A program made the position numbers and the translations under genes. This document shows, piece after piece, positions 44,414-56,256 of a stretch of 64,000 nucleotides of DNA. How positions within the stretch are numbered: the stretch's first letter is position 1; each line of letters begins with the position of its first letter. The notes beneath the pieces are model-generated. The model was not told the origin of the DNA, did no database searches, and saw only the letters and a list, made by a program, of their open reading frames with translations. This DNA comes from Anaeromyxobacter sp. (lineage in GTDB: Bacteria > Myxococcota > Myxococcia > Myxococcales > Anaeromyxobacteraceae), in NCBI GenBank assembly GCA_049840735.1, contig JASGJN010000014.1, forward strand, positions 205,946-269,945. Direction: 5' to 3'.

Positions 44414-45130
44414 TCAGAGCCCGTCCACGAACCTCCAGCGGTCCGCCTCGCGGGCCAGGGTGAACCGGGCGCGCCGGGGCTCCTGGCCCCCGCCGGGCAG
44501 CGGGGCCTGCACGTCCTCGCCCACGATGGCCTCGTCCCGGTCCACGCGGATCTGCCAGGCGTCGACGCTGACCGGCGCCGGGGCGGCCAGCGCGCCGCGC
44601 AGCCGCGCCGCCAGGGCCGCCTTGCCGCCCTCCCCGGCGTAGCGCTCCGAGACCAGCGCCAGGAGCGCCCGGGCGTCGCCGGCGGCCAGCGCGTCCTGGC
44701 GGCGGAACAGGACCGCCAGCACGCCGCGCAGCCCGTCGAACTGGCGCCCGTCGGCGCACCAGCCGGCCACGCTGCAGCGGCTCATGCCGAAGGCCTCGCG
44801 CCCGACGTAGGCCACGGTGGCGCGCGAGGCGCGCCAGGCCACCCGGCCGTCGCCGTCGAGCAGCGCGATCACCTGCGCCTTGTCGCCGTCCACCATCACC
44901 GCCGGGTCCACGTACCTGAGCGTGTCCAGCTCCACCACGCCGCCGGAGGCGAAGCCGTACACGTCCGGGAGGCTGGCGCGGCGCTGGCGGGAGAGCGCCT
45001 CGCGCACCTGCCCCTCCGGGCTCAGCGCCGCGCTGGAGAAGCGATCGAGCGAGATCCGGTCCCTGAGCGCCCAGCCCACCGCGAGCGCCACCAGCACCAG
45101 GCCCAGCGGGAAGAGGTAGGGCGCGCCCAC
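44414..45130 (-). CDS. Hypothetical membrane-anchored protein (start uncertain)
   Basis: Single N-terminal TM (YLFPLGLVLVALAVGWAL); coding-like bias. Confidence 0.6.
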   Translation of the reverse strand: MGAPYLFPLGLVLVALAVGWALRDRISLDRFSSAALSPEGQVREALSRQRRASLPDVYGFASGGVVELDTLRYVDPAVMVDGDKAQVIALLDGDGRVAWRASRATVAYVGREAFGMSRCSVAGWCADGRQFDGLRGVLAVLFRRQDALAAGDARALLALVSERYAGEGGKAALAARLRGALAAPAPVSVDAWQIRVDRDEAIVGEDVQAPLPGGGQEPRRARFTLAREADRWRFVDGL

Positions 45131-45203
45131 CGGCGCGGCGCGCGCCTTGCGCGCGGCGCGGGCGCCGGGGTCGAAGGGGGCGCGGCCCGGGCCGGAGGGT
45201 CCG

Positions 45204-45983
45204 TCAGCGGAGCGACTCAAGGAGCTTCTCCGCCTCACCCTTCTCCTTCGCGTCGGGGTGCTTGCTCAGGAGCTGCTGCAGCGCCTGCCGGGCGCGGAAC
45301 TTCTCGTCCTGGTTGGCCAGCGACTGGGCCAGCCGCAGCATGGCCTCGGTCTCGTACTTCGAGCCGGGGTAGTTCTTGATCAGCCCCTCGTAGCGCAGGG
45401 CCGCGCCGGCCCAGCGCTCGCGCTTGTAGTAGTACCCGGCCACGTACCACTCCCGGTCCTCCAGCCGGCGCCGCGCCTCGGCCAGCGTCTTCTGGGCCTC
45501 GGGCAGGTACTTGGAGCCGGTGCGGGTCTGGACGAAGTCGGTGAGCAGCTGCACCGCCTTCTCCGTCTCGCGCTGGTCCTTCTCGAAGGCCGGCGGGAAG
45601 ATGAACCAGTCGCCGGGCGCCGAGAGGAAGTGGCTCAGGCCGGCCCGGTACTCGGCGAAGTCCAGCTCCTCGGAGGTGGGGTGGAGCTTGCTGAACTCCT
45701 CGTAGGCCGCGGCCGCCTCCGGGTAGAGCTCCTGCTTGTACTTGAGATCCGCCAGCCGCAGGTCGGAGAGGGCGGCGAACTTCGAGTACGGGTACTTGGC
45801 CTTCACGTACTCGAAGAAGCGGATGGCCTCCGGCCAGTTCTTGGAGTCCAGCTCGGCCACGCCGCGCTTGTAGTTGTCCTCGGGCGTCTGCCCGAGCTTC
45901 AGCTCGCCGGTGATGGTCGTGTACTTCGACCGGCACGCGGGAGCGGCCAGCACGAGCAGGAAGACGAGGGCGAGGCGGCGCAT
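45204..45983 (-). CDS. bamD: Outer membrane protein assembly lipoprotein BamD
   Basis: Lipobox APAC, YPYSKFA, F.KLHP, DQRET, E..VAGYY.KR...GA..RY. Confidence 0.9.
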   Translation of the reverse strand: MRRLALVFLLVLAAPACRSKYTTITGELKLGQTPEDNYKRGVAELDSKNWPEAIRFFEYVKAKYPYSKFAALSDLRLADLKYKQELYPEAAAAYEEFSKLHPTSEELDFAEYRAGLSHFLSAPGDWFIFPPAFEKDQRETEKAVQLLTDFVQTRTGSKYLPEAQKTLAEARRRLEDREWYVAGYYYKRERWAGAALRYEGLIKNYPGSKYETEAMLRLAQSLANQDEKFRARQALQQLLSKHPDAKEKGEAEKLLESLR

Positions 45984-46041
45984 AGGGGGCGGGAGGATAA
46001 CAGACCGCCGGGCGGTGTGCAGTGGCGGCGTGCAGGGCCCG

Positions 46042-46545
46042 CTACGCCTCCCCGTCCTCGAAAATCCCCAGCACCCGCGCGATGATCGACCCGGAGAAGC
46101 CGCGCCCGGCCAGGAAGCGGCCCAGCCGCGCCCGGCCGCGGGCGTCCAGGGCGGAGAGCGGGGTGCCCCGGGCCCGGCGCTCGGCCAGCGCGCGGCAGAG
46201 CGCCTCCTCCTGCCGGCCCCCGCCCTGCCCGTCCTCGCCGGCCAGCGCCGCCTGGACGGCCGCGCGCGCCGCGGCGGCGCCGATCCCCTCGGCCACCAGC
46301 TTGCGCTCGGCCGCCCGGGGCCCGAGCCGGCCGGGCGCCACCAGCGCGCGCGCGCGGGCCCGGGCGTAGGCGGCGTCGTCGAGGTAGCCGAGCCGGCGCA
46401 GCCAGGCCATCACCTGGTCGGCCACCTCCGACAGGTCCTCGCGCGCGAGCCGGGCGCGCAGCTGCGCCTCGGTGCGGGCGCGCGACGCGAGCTGCCGCAG
46501 CACGACGGCCTGGGCGCGGGCCAGCGGGGTCTGGTCGGTCGGCAT
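46042..46545 (-). CDS. recX: Regulatory protein RecX
   Basis: RARTEAQLRARL, GYLDDAAYA, G...KL..EGI, RFLAGRGFS. Confidence 0.85.
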   Translation of the reverse strand: MPTDQTPLARAQAVVLRQLASRARTEAQLRARLAREDLSEVADQVMAWLRRLGYLDDAAYARARARALVAPGRLGPRAAERKLVAEGIGAAAARAAVQAALAGEDGQGGGRQEEALCRALAERRARGTPLSALDARGRARLGRFLAGRGFSGSIIARVLGIFEDGEA

Positions 46546-46572
46546 GGTCCGGGCTGCGGCGCCCCGAGCGCC

Positions 46573-47850
<1,278 letters not shown>

Positions 47851-48011
47851 GCCGTCCCGAGCGTAACACCGCCATGGGGACCGATCCAGGCGACCCCCTG
47901 GCCGTCCGGCGTCATGTAGGCGGGCGTGGGTCCGCGACCCCGCGGCACCCCCTCCGGTGGCCCCCGGCGCGCGGCGGGGCGGCTACCATCCGCGCCCGGA
48001 GGACACCCACC

Positions 48012-49085
48012 GTGCACCGCTCGCCCACCGCTGCTGCGCTCCTCGCCTGCGCCCTCGCCCTTCCCCTGCCTTCCCGCGCGGATGACGCGCCGGGCCGCCC
48101 GGTGCGGCTCGAGGTGCGCGCGCCGGGGGCCAAGGACGTCCAGCTCCTCCCGGCCGAAGGTCCGGCCCAGCCCATGAAGCGGGGCGACGACTGGCGGTTC
48201 TGGGTGGTGGTCCGGCTGCAGCCGGGCCGCTTCGCCTACGCCTTCCAGGTGGACGGCGAGCGGCGGCTGGACCCGACCTCCGACGCGGAGGAGCGCGGGC
48301 CGGACGGCGCGCGCCGCTCGGTGGTGGTGGTGCGCGACGGGCGCAACGCCCGGCCGGACCCGGCGGTGCCGCACGGCCAGGTGCTGCGGGAGAAGCGCAG
48401 GAGCGCGGCGCGCGGCGAGACGGTGCCGTTCGCGGTCTGGCTGCCGCCCGGCTTCCAGCCGGGGCAGGAGCTGCCGCTGCTGGTCATGCTCCACGGCATG
48501 AACATGGGGCCGTCGCAGTGGCTGGACGGCGGCCTGGCCAACTACCTCGACAACCTGCTGGCCCAGGGGCGCATCCGGCCGATGGTGGTGCTGTTCCCGG
48601 ACGGCGGCGGGGAGAGCTTCTACGAGGGGGAGGTGGAGCAGGACATCGTGGCGGAGCTGGTGCCGGCCATCCGGAAGCGGTTCGGGCTGCGCGCGGGCCC
48701 GGCGGCCATCGCGGGCATGTCGATGGGCGGCTACGGCGCCCTGCACCTGGCCCAGGCCCACCCGGACGTCTTCGGCCACGCCGACGCCCTCAGCCCGGGG
48801 AGCATGGACCAGGGCTCGCTGCCCCGGCTGGACGCGGCGCTGGCGAAGGCGCCCTACCCGGTGCCGCTCACCATCCGCTGCGGCAAGAGCGACGACCTGG
48901 TGCTGCCCTGGGTGGAGCGCGCGGTCCGCATCCTGCGCAACCACGGCACGGAGTTCACCTACGTCACCGCGCGCGGCGCCCACGACTGGGAGTACTGGCG
49001 CAGCGTGACCGAGCCCGTGCTGGAGGAGGCCTCGCGGTTCCTGGAGGGGGCGGCGCCGGTGAAGGAGGTCAAGAGCGCCAGGTGA
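48012..49085 (+). CDS. Exported esterase (alpha/beta hydrolase) with N-terminal CBM48/Ig-like domain
   Basis: YAFQVDGE..DP, WLPPGF, LHG, GMSMGGYGA, GAHDWEYW. Confidence 0.85.
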   Translation: MHRSPTAAALLACALALPLPSRADDAPGRPVRLEVRAPGAKDVQLLPAEGPAQPMKRGDDWRFWVVVRLQPGRFAYAFQVDGERRLDPTSDAEERGPDGARRSVVVVRDGRNARPDPAVPHGQVLREKRRSAARGETVPFAVWLPPGFQPGQELPLLVMLHGMNMGPSQWLDGGLANYLDNLLAQGRIRPMVVLFPDGGGESFYEGEVEQDIVAELVPAIRKRFGLRAGPAAIAGMSMGGYGALHLAQAHPDVFGHADALSPGSMDQGSLPRLDAALAKAPYPVPLTIRCGKSDDLVLPWVERAVRILRNHGTEFTYVTARGAHDWEYWRSVTEPVLEEASRFLEGAAPVKEVKSAR

Positions 49086-49171
49086 CCCCCGCCGCCGGAT
49101 CGGCGACGCGGGCCAGCGCCGGGAGCCAGCCGCCCCGCTGCGCTGCGCAGCGGGGCGCTGGCCGCGCCGGC

Positions 49172-51139
49172 TCACCCGCGCCGCCGCCTGAGCCGGGCGA
49201 GCAGCAGCACCACCGCGGCCAGGGCCCCGGCGCCCGCCGGGCCACCGCTGCAGCCGCCGCCGCTGGACGCCGGCGCGGCCACGCAGGTCCCGGCCGCGCA
49301 GACGCCGCCGGGGCAGCGCGTGCCGTCGGCCGCCAGGGGCTGGCTGCAGGCCCCGGTGGCGGGATCGCAGGTACCCGGCGCGTGGCAGGCGTCCGCCGCG
49401 GCACAGGAGACCTGCTCGCCGGGGCTGCCGCACGCGCCGGCCTGGCAGGTCTCCCCGCTGGTGCAGGCGTTGCCGTCGTCGCAGGCGGTGCCGTCGTCGA
49501 CCGGCAGCGACGCCGAGCAGGAGCCGGAGGCGAGGTCGCAGCTGCGCGGGCGGTGGCAGGCGTCCAGCGCCGGGCAGTCCGCGTCGGTGGCGCAGGCGCA
49601 CGCGTCGGTCGCCGGTGCGCAGGCTCCGGAGCGGCAGGCGTCCCCGCTGGTGCAGCTCCGCCCGTCGTCGCAGGCCGTGTCCTCCGGGAGGAGCGGGCTC
49701 GAGCAGGCGCCGGTGGCCGGATCGCAGGTGCCGGCGGCGTGGCACTGATCCACGGCCACGCAGGTGACCGGGGACACCCCCACGCAGCTGCCCGCCTGGC
49801 AGGCGTCGGTCTGGGTGCAGGCGTCGCCGTCGTCGCAGCCGGTCCCGTCGGCGAGCGGCGGGTAGTAGCAGCCCTCCACCGGATCGCACGCGGCGGCGGG
49901 ACCGTGGCACGGGGGCGGCGGGCCGCAGGTGACCGGGGCGCTGCCCTGGCACGCGCCGCCCTGGCAGGCGTCGGTGGCGGTGCAGACGTTGCCGTCGGTG
50001 CAGGCGGTGCCGTCCGGCTGGGCCGGGTTGCTGCAGGTGCCGTCGGCGGGGTTGCAGGTGCCGGCCGCGTGGCACGCGTCGGGCGCGGTGCAAGCGACCG
50101 GGTTGGCGCCGGTGCAGCTTCCGGTCTGGCAGGTGTCGGTGCGGGTGCACGCGTTGCCGTCGCTGCAGGCCGAGCCGTCCGGCCTGGCGGGGTTGGAGCA
50201 GCCGCTGTACGGGTTGCACGTGCCGGCGGTGTGGCACTGGTCGAGCGCCGTGCAGGTGACCGGGTTCGCGCCGGTGCAGGTGCCGCCCTGGCAGGTGTCG
50301 GTCTGCGTGCAGGCGTTCCCGTCGTCGCAGGCGGTGCCCTCCGCCTTCGACGGGTTGGAGCACATCCCGGTCATGGGGTCGCAGCTGCCCGCCGTGTGGC
50401 ACGGGTCGAGCGCGGTGCAGGTGACCGGGTTCGCGCCGGTGCAGGCGCCGGCCTGGCAGGTGTCGGCCTGCGTGCAGCTGTTGCCGTCGTTGCAGGCCGT
50501 GCCGTTGGGCGCGGACGGGCTGGTGCAGGTGCCGGTGGCGGGGTTGCAGGTGCCGGCGGTGTGGCACGGGTCGAGCGCGGTGCAGGTGACCGGGTTCGCG
50601 CCGGCGCAGGTGCCGTTCTGGCAGGTGTCGGTCTGCGTGCAGCTGTTGCCGTCGTTGCAGGCCGTGCCGTTGGGCGCCGACGGGCTGGTGCAGGTGCCGG
50701 TGGCGGGGTTGCAGGTGCCGGCGGTGTGGCACGAATCGAGCGCGGTGCAGGTGACCGGGTTCGCGCCAGCGCAGACGCCGTCCTGGCAGGTGTCGGTCTG
50801 CGTACAGCCGTTGCCGTCGTCGCAGGCGCTCCCGTCGATCCTCGACGGGTTGGAGCACAGGCCGGTGGCCGGGTCGCAGGTGCCGGCGGAGTGGCACGGG
50901 TCGAGCGCGGTGCAGGTGACCGGGTTGGCGCCGACACAGACGCCCGCCTGGCAGGTGTCGGTCGTCGTGCAGGCGTTGCCGTCGTCACAGGCCGTGCCGT
51001 TGGGCTGGCCCACGCACGAGGCCACCGCGCTCGCGCGCTGGTCTCCTGGCCCGGTCGCGTCCGGGGGCGAGAGCGGCGCGGGCCCGCAGGCGGCCAGGAG
51101 GAGTGTGGCGGCGAGCGCTGCGCGGCGGACGACGTTCAT
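49172..51139 (-). CDS. Cys-rich tandem-repeat surface lipoprotein with MYXO-CTERM-like tail
   Basis: LLAAC lipobox; about 10 repeats of about 55 aa with 8 Cys each; GGGCSGG...AVVLLLARLRRRRG. Confidence 0.88.
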   Translation of the reverse strand: MNVVRRAALAATLLLAACGPAPLSPPDATGPGDQRASAVASCVGQPNGTACDDGNACTTTDTCQAGVCVGANPVTCTALDPCHSAGTCDPATGLCSNPSRIDGSACDDGNGCTQTDTCQDGVCAGANPVTCTALDSCHTAGTCNPATGTCTSPSAPNGTACNDGNSCTQTDTCQNGTCAGANPVTCTALDPCHTAGTCNPATGTCTSPSAPNGTACNDGNSCTQADTCQAGACTGANPVTCTALDPCHTAGSCDPMTGMCSNPSKAEGTACDDGNACTQTDTCQGGTCTGANPVTCTALDQCHTAGTCNPYSGCSNPARPDGSACSDGNACTRTDTCQTGSCTGANPVACTAPDACHAAGTCNPADGTCSNPAQPDGTACTDGNVCTATDACQGGACQGSAPVTCGPPPPCHGPAAACDPVEGCYYPPLADGTGCDDGDACTQTDACQAGSCVGVSPVTCVAVDQCHAAGTCDPATGACSSPLLPEDTACDDGRSCTSGDACRSGACAPATDACACATDADCPALDACHRPRSCDLASGSCSASLPVDDGTACDDGNACTSGETCQAGACGSPGEQVSCAAADACHAPGTCDPATGACSQPLAADGTRCPGGVCAAGTCVAAPASSGGGCSGGPAGAGALAAVVLLLARLRRRRG

Positions 51140-51287
51140 GGAGCCTCCGGGGGGTGGCGCGACGAACCCCACCGAGGGTACCAGAGGGCGCCCGCCTGCA
51201 ACGGTCGGTCGGTGTCCCCGGAAAGCACGACGGCCGGCGCCGCTTGCGCGGGCCGGCCGTACGATCGCGCCTGGGCGCGAGCAGCGC

Positions 51288-51680
51288 CTAGCGCTTGGAG
51301 AACTGGAAGCGCTTGCGGGCGCCGGGGCGACCGTACTTCTTGCGCTCGACCGCGCGGGCGTCGCGGGTCATGAAGCCGGCCTTCTTGAGGACCGGCCGGT
51401 ACTCCGGGTTCAGCTCGCACAGCGCGCGGCTGATGCCGTGGCGGATCGCGCCGGCCTGGCCGGAGAGGCCGCCGCCGTTCGCGAGCACGAAGACGTCGAG
51501 CTTGCCCATCTGGTCGACGAGCTTGAGCGGCTCGACCAGGATCATCTTCGAGGTCTCGCGCCCGAAGTACTCGTCCATGGTCCGGCCGTTGATGGTGATG
51601 TTGCCGGTGCCGGCGGCGATCCGCACGCGCGCAACGGCTTCCTTGCGGCGCCCGACGGTCTGGGTCATCTGGGTGGCCAT
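51288..51680 (-). CDS. rpsI: 30S ribosomal protein S9
   Basis: [26 protein letters not shown]...QFSKR. Confidence 0.99.
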   Translation of the reverse strand: MATQMTQTVGRRKEAVARVRIAAGTGNITINGRTMDEYFGRETSKMILVEPLKLVDQMGKLDVFVLANGGGLSGQAGAIRHGISRALCELNPEYRPVLKKAGFMTRDARAVERKKYGRPGARKRFQFSKR

Positions 51681-51693
51681 CGTCTCGTGTCCT

Positions 51694-52143
51694 TTACTGC
51701 GCGAGCTTCAGCGCCTCGGGCTTCTGGGCGGCGTGCGGGTGGGTGTCGCCCGCGTAGACCTTCAGCTTCGTCATCATCTGCCGGCCGAGCGCGCTGCGGG
51801 GCAGCATGCGGCGAACGGCGTTGAGCAGGATGTCCTCGGGGTGCCGCTGGCGCAGCTTGTTCATCGGCGTCAGCTTCTCGCCGCCCGGGTGCATCGTGTG
51901 CGTGAAGAAGGTCTTGTCCGTCTCCTTCTTCCCCGTGAACTTCACCTTGCCGGCGTTCACGACGACCACGAAGTCGCCCGTGTCGATCGACGGGGTGTAG
52001 GACGGCTTGTGCTTGCCCTTGAGGATCGAGGCGATGCGGGTCGCGGTGCGGCCGACCGTGAGATCCGTCGCGTCGACCAGCCACCACTTCTTGCCGGTGA
52101 GGGCCTCGTCGCGGGTGGCGCTGTGCGTGGTGCCTTTGGACAT
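51694..52143 (-). CDS. rplM: 50S ribosomal protein L13
   Basis: [34 protein letters not shown]. Confidence 0.99.
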   Translation of the reverse strand: MSKGTTHSATRDEALTGKKWWLVDATDLTVGRTATRIASILKGKHKPSYTPSIDTGDFVVVVNAGKVKFTGKKETDKTFFTHTMHPGGEKLTPMNKLRQRHPEDILLNAVRRMLPRSALGRQMMTKLKVYAGDTHPHAAQKPEALKLAQ

Positions 52144-52179
52144 AAATAGACCTGCGGAATCCCGAAATTGGAAACGCGC

Positions 52180-52208
52180 CTTCTAGAGGAAGCGCGGGCG
52201 CCTGTCAA
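52180..52208 (-). promoter_or_regulatory. sigma70-type promoter of rplM-rpsI
   Basis: TTGACA-N17-TAGAAG. Confidence 0.65.
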
Positions 52209-52288
52209 GGGCGAACGCCCCCCGCTCCGGTCCCGGCAGACTCGAGACGAGCCGTCCTCCGGGGAGGGGTGCGAAAAGCGGGCGGAAT

Positions 52289-52843
52289 CTAGCGGGTCGG
52301 AGGCTCGGGTACAAGGGGCAAGGCGTGGATTGCGGCGATCGGGGCGGATCGGCGCAGGCCGTCCCGGGGATCCGGGCGGATCAGCGCGGGGCGATCAGGA
52401 TTCAGCGAGGGCAAGAGCCGCAGCACCCAGGCCGCGATCACGACGAGGATCCCCTGGTTCCAGGGGTCGGCCCAGGGCTCCGGGTCGGCCGCCTGGTCCG
52501 CCCAGGGGCCGCGCAGCCGGAGCCACAGGACGCCGTAGGCGGCGGCGCCCAGCGGGTACCAGACGCGGGCCGCGAACCAGTAGGCGCGGTCGGGATCGGG
52601 GAAGAGCAGCGGCCAGCCGAGCGCCGCGAAGAGCGCCCCGTAGGCGACCAGGGCCAGCAGCCCCACCACCACCAGCGCGGCCGCGTCCCGGCGCAGCCGG
52701 CCGGCGCGAGCCAGGTTCACGCCCCCGACCCAGAGCGCGGCCAGGGGGCCGCCGGCCAGGGAGATCCAGAAGGTGGCGACGGGGGAGACGAGGGCCAGCG
52801 GCTGCTGGGGGACGGCGCTGGGAGCGCTCTCGGCTGTGGTCAT
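52289..52843 (-). CDS. Hypothetical membrane protein
   Basis: ATG at 52843; four hydrophobic segments (GGPLAAL..N motif). Confidence 0.55.
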   Translation of the reverse strand: MTTAESAPSAVPQQPLALVSPVATFWISLAGGPLAALWVGGVNLARAGRLRRDAAALVVVGLLALVAYGALFAALGWPLLFPDPDRAYWFAARVWYPLGAAAYGVLWLRLRGPWADQAADPEPWADPWNQGILVVIAAWVLRLLPSLNPDRPALIRPDPRDGLRRSAPIAAIHALPLVPEPPTR

Positions 52844-52970
52844 GTGCGTGAGGCCGCCGGCCGTAGGGACCGCGGGCTCCTCCCCATGAAAGCCCGTCCG
52901 GCCCGTTGTGACCAGCTTCGGCGGCCGCATGCGTCGAGGGCAGCCGACGCGAAGGGGCCTCACCCCGGTC

Positions 52971-54996
52971 CTACTTGGCCCCGCCCAGCCGGGCGCGCAG
53001 CGCGGCCATCACGTTCTCGGTGTGCGCCGCCACCTCCTGCGGCGGCGCCGTGAGGGCGGCCGGGTCCACCTTCTCGTGGGCGGCGGCCGGCAGGTCGTCG
53101 AGGAAGCGCGAGGGGGTGCGCGGGAGCAGCTTGCCGCGCTTGCTGCGGTGGGCGACGTGCGTGAGGTAGAGCCGCTCGCGGGCCCGGGTGATGCCCACGT
53201 AGGCCAGCCGCCGCTCCTCGTCGAGGTCGCGCGCCTCGCCCTGGATGCCTGCGCAGGGCAGGTAGTCCTCCTCCACGCCGACCAGGAAGACCACCGGGAA
53301 CTCCAGCCCCTTCGCCGCGTGGAGGGTCATCATGGCGATGTTCCCCTCCTGCGCCGGGTCCTCCTCCTCGCGCGTGTCGAGCGCCAGCCGCTGCAGCCAG
53401 GTGGCGAGGCGCGGCCGCGCGTTGCGCCCGCAGTAGCCCTCCAGCGAGCGGAGCAGGCCGTCGATGGCGTCCACCTTGCGCGCGCCGGCCTCCAGCGACT
53501 TCACGCTGCCGCGCGCGTGCGAGTAGAGGTCCACCTCGGTCACCAGCGCCCGCGCCGCCTCCACCGGGTTCACCGTGCGCTCGCGGAAGCGGGCCTGGTA
53601 CCGCTCGATCAGCGCCACGAACTCGGCGATCTTCTCCGGCGCGCCGCGCGGCAGGTCGGGCACCTCCGCGGCGCGGCGCAGCGCCTCGAAGAGCGGCTGC
53701 TTGTGGGCGATGGCCCAGTCGTGCACCCGCTCCAGCGAGGTGTCGCCGATGCCGCGCGCCGGCACGTTGACGATGCGCGAGAGCGAGACGTCGTCCTCCG
53801 GCTGGACGCAGAGCTTGAGGTAGGCGAGCAGGTCGCGCACCTCGGAGCGGTCGAAGAAGGCCGGGCCCCCGCGCATGTCGTAGGGCATGGAGGCCTCGCG
53901 GAAGGCCTCCTCGAACGGGCGCGAGAGCGCGTTGAGCCGGAACAGCACCGCGAAGTGGCTCCAGGGGCGCCCCTCGCCGCGCTGCCGCGCGATCTCCTCG
54001 GCCACGAAGCGCGCCTCGTCCTCCTCCTCGGGCAGCGCCACCACCCGCACCGGCTCGCCCGCGCCGGCGGAGGTGAAGAGGGCCTTGACCTTGCGCGCCG
54101 CGTTCTTCGCGATGACGGCGTTGGCGCAGTCCAGGATGTGGCCGGTGGAGCGGTAGTTCTGCTCCAGCCGGATCTCCCTGGCGCCGGGGAAGTGCCGATC
54201 GTAGCGGAGGATGTTCTTCACCTCGGCGCCGCGCCAGCCGTAGATGGCCTGGTCGTCGTCACCCACGGCGCAGACGTTCCGCCGCTCGCCGGCCAGGTGC
54301 TTGAGCATGTCCAGCTGGGCGAGGTTGGTGTCCTGGTACTCGTCCACCAGCAGGTAGCGGAACTGGGCCTGGTACTTCTCCCGCAGCTCCTCGTGCTTCG
54401 CCAGCAGCGCCACCGGGCGCGGCGATCAGGTCGTCGAAGTCGACCGCGCGCATGGCCTTCAGCGCCTTCTCGTAGCGCGGGAAGACCTCGGCGGCGATCA
54501 GGTCGTAGTCGTCTCCCTGCCCTGCCTCGCGCGGCAAGATCCGCTTCTTGCCGGCGTTCTTGGCGCGCGAGATGAGCGAGAGCACCCGGCCGGCGTCGAA
54601 GGCCCGGTCGTCGATGCTCACCTCGCGCATGCAGCGCTTCACCAGCGCCTGCTGGTCGCCGGCGTCGCAGATGGCGAAGCGCTTGGGCAGCTCGGCCAGC
54701 GCGTGCTCCTGCTGCAGCAGCCACAGGCCGAAGCTGTGGAAGGTGGAGACGAAGACGTCCACGCCCGCCGGGCCGGCCAGGGCCGTGACCCGCTCGCGCA
54801 TCTCGCCCGCCGCCTTGTTGGTGAAGGTGACGGCCAGCACGGCCTCCGGGTCCACGCCCTGGAGCAGCAGGTAGGCCACGCGGTGGGAGATGACCCGCGT
54901 CTTGCCGGAGCCGGCGCCGGCCAGGACGAGGAGCGGCCCCTCGGTGGTCATCACCGCCTCGCGCTGCGGCGGGTTGAGCGTGGAGAGGTCGAGCAT
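52971..54996 (-). CDS. UvrD/Rep/PcrA family SF1 helicase; frameshift near 54420
   Basis: LNPPQ, AGAGSGKT, TFTNKAA, VDEYQDTN, VGDDDQAIY, LEQNYRS, TLHAAKGLEF, EERRLAYVGITRA. Confidence 0.95.
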
Positions 54997-55216
54997 GGAG
55001 CCCGGGCTATGTGGCACCGGCGAAGCGCCAGGACAAGACTTGATTTTCCCGCCGGAGGGGGACCTGCGAGCGGCCCGCGTCCCCGCGCGCCATGCGCTCG
55101 ACCGCCCCCCATCCGGACGATGCGTCTCGGTGCGACAACGTGCCCCCTCCGCCGATATGGGGCCCCTCCTAGTCCGGCTGGCAAGGGGACCCCGAACGCG
55201 CCATAAGTGCGGCACA

Positions 55217-55889
55217 GTGGCAGCCATCCCCGTCCAGACCCGGCGCGTCCCGCGCCTTCCCGCGAGGTGTGCCGCCTCGGTCGGCTTCGGCGCCGGGCGG
55301 TGGGAGGGCGAGACCGAGGATTCGGGCGCCCTGGGGTGCCGCTTCGTCTCCCGGCTGGCGCTGCGGCCGGGCGAGGCGGTGCAGCTCTCGCTCCGCTTCG
55401 CCGGCGTGCCGTTCCAGCTGGACGTGGCCGCCACGGTGGCCTGGACCGCGCGCACCGCGCCCTGGCGCACCGGCGTGGCGTTCGCGAAGGGGCAGGAGGC
55501 GGCCGCGCGCCGCTTCGTGGAGGCGGTCAAGGCGGTGCTGCCGCGCGCCGCGGGGGAGGAGAGCCGCCCCGGGTTCCGGTCCCTGGCGCCGCCCTACGGC
55601 CTCGCCCGGGCGCACGCCAAGGCGGTGGAGCGGGTGGAGCGGATCGAGCGCGAGGAGCCGCCGCCGCTGCGCGCCCCGGAGCCGCCCGCCGTGGTCCCGC
55701 CGCCCTCGGCGCCCAGCGCCCTGGAGCGGCTGAGCCGCGCCGAGGCGCTGATTGGCGTGGCCCGCTCGGAGATTCGAGGCCGGCCGGCCCGCCCGCGCCC
55801 TGCCCTGGATCCTCGCCGCCGAGCAGATCGCCCCCGAGCACCCCGGCATCGCGGTGGTGCGGGCGGCGCTCTCGCTGGCGATGCAGTAG
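55217..55889 (+). CDS. PilZ-domain protein with C-terminal TPR-like helix; frameshift near 55774
   Basis: RRVPR and EDSGALG (RxxxR / DxSxxG-like), ATVAW, GVAF. Confidence 0.65.
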
Positions 55890-55896
55890 CCGGGCG

Positions 55897-56256
55897 TCAG
55901 GGCGAGCGCGGCGCTTCGCTCGCCGCCGCCTTGAGCAGCCCGTCCAGCCGCGCCACGAACTGCCCGCGGGTGAACACCTCGTCCACCCCGGCCTCCTGGG
56001 CGCGGGCCATCAGGTCCTCCTGCAGGTGGCCCAAGAACCCGATCACCCGCACGCCGCTGCCCTCGCGGGCCGCCGGGAGCTGGTCCAGCAGCCCCGGCTC
56101 GCCCAGGTCGGCCAGCACGGTGGCGCCGGGGAGGTCGCGCACGGCCTCGGCCAGCGGCGCGCCGCGCGGCGCGAGCTTCACCGGGACGCCCAGCCGCTCT
56201 GCGGCGGCGACGATCCTGGAGCGGAACATGAGGTCGCGGACGGCGATGACGATCAT
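55897..56256 (-). CDS. Atypical single-domain receiver-like protein
   Basis: VRDLMFRSRI, VLADL, IGFLGH, AGVDEVFTR. Confidence 0.65.
   Translation of the reverse strand: MIVIAVRDLMFRSRIVAAAERLGVPVKLAPRGAPLAEAVRDLPGATVLADLGEPGLLDQLPAAREGSGVRVIGFLGHLQEDLMARAQEAGVDEVFTRGQFVARLDGLLKAAASEAPRSP

Noticed and set aside
49300..51020. Regular DNA repeats resembling a CRISPR array
   Set aside because: 165-bp in-frame coding repeats with no unique spacers and no cas genes
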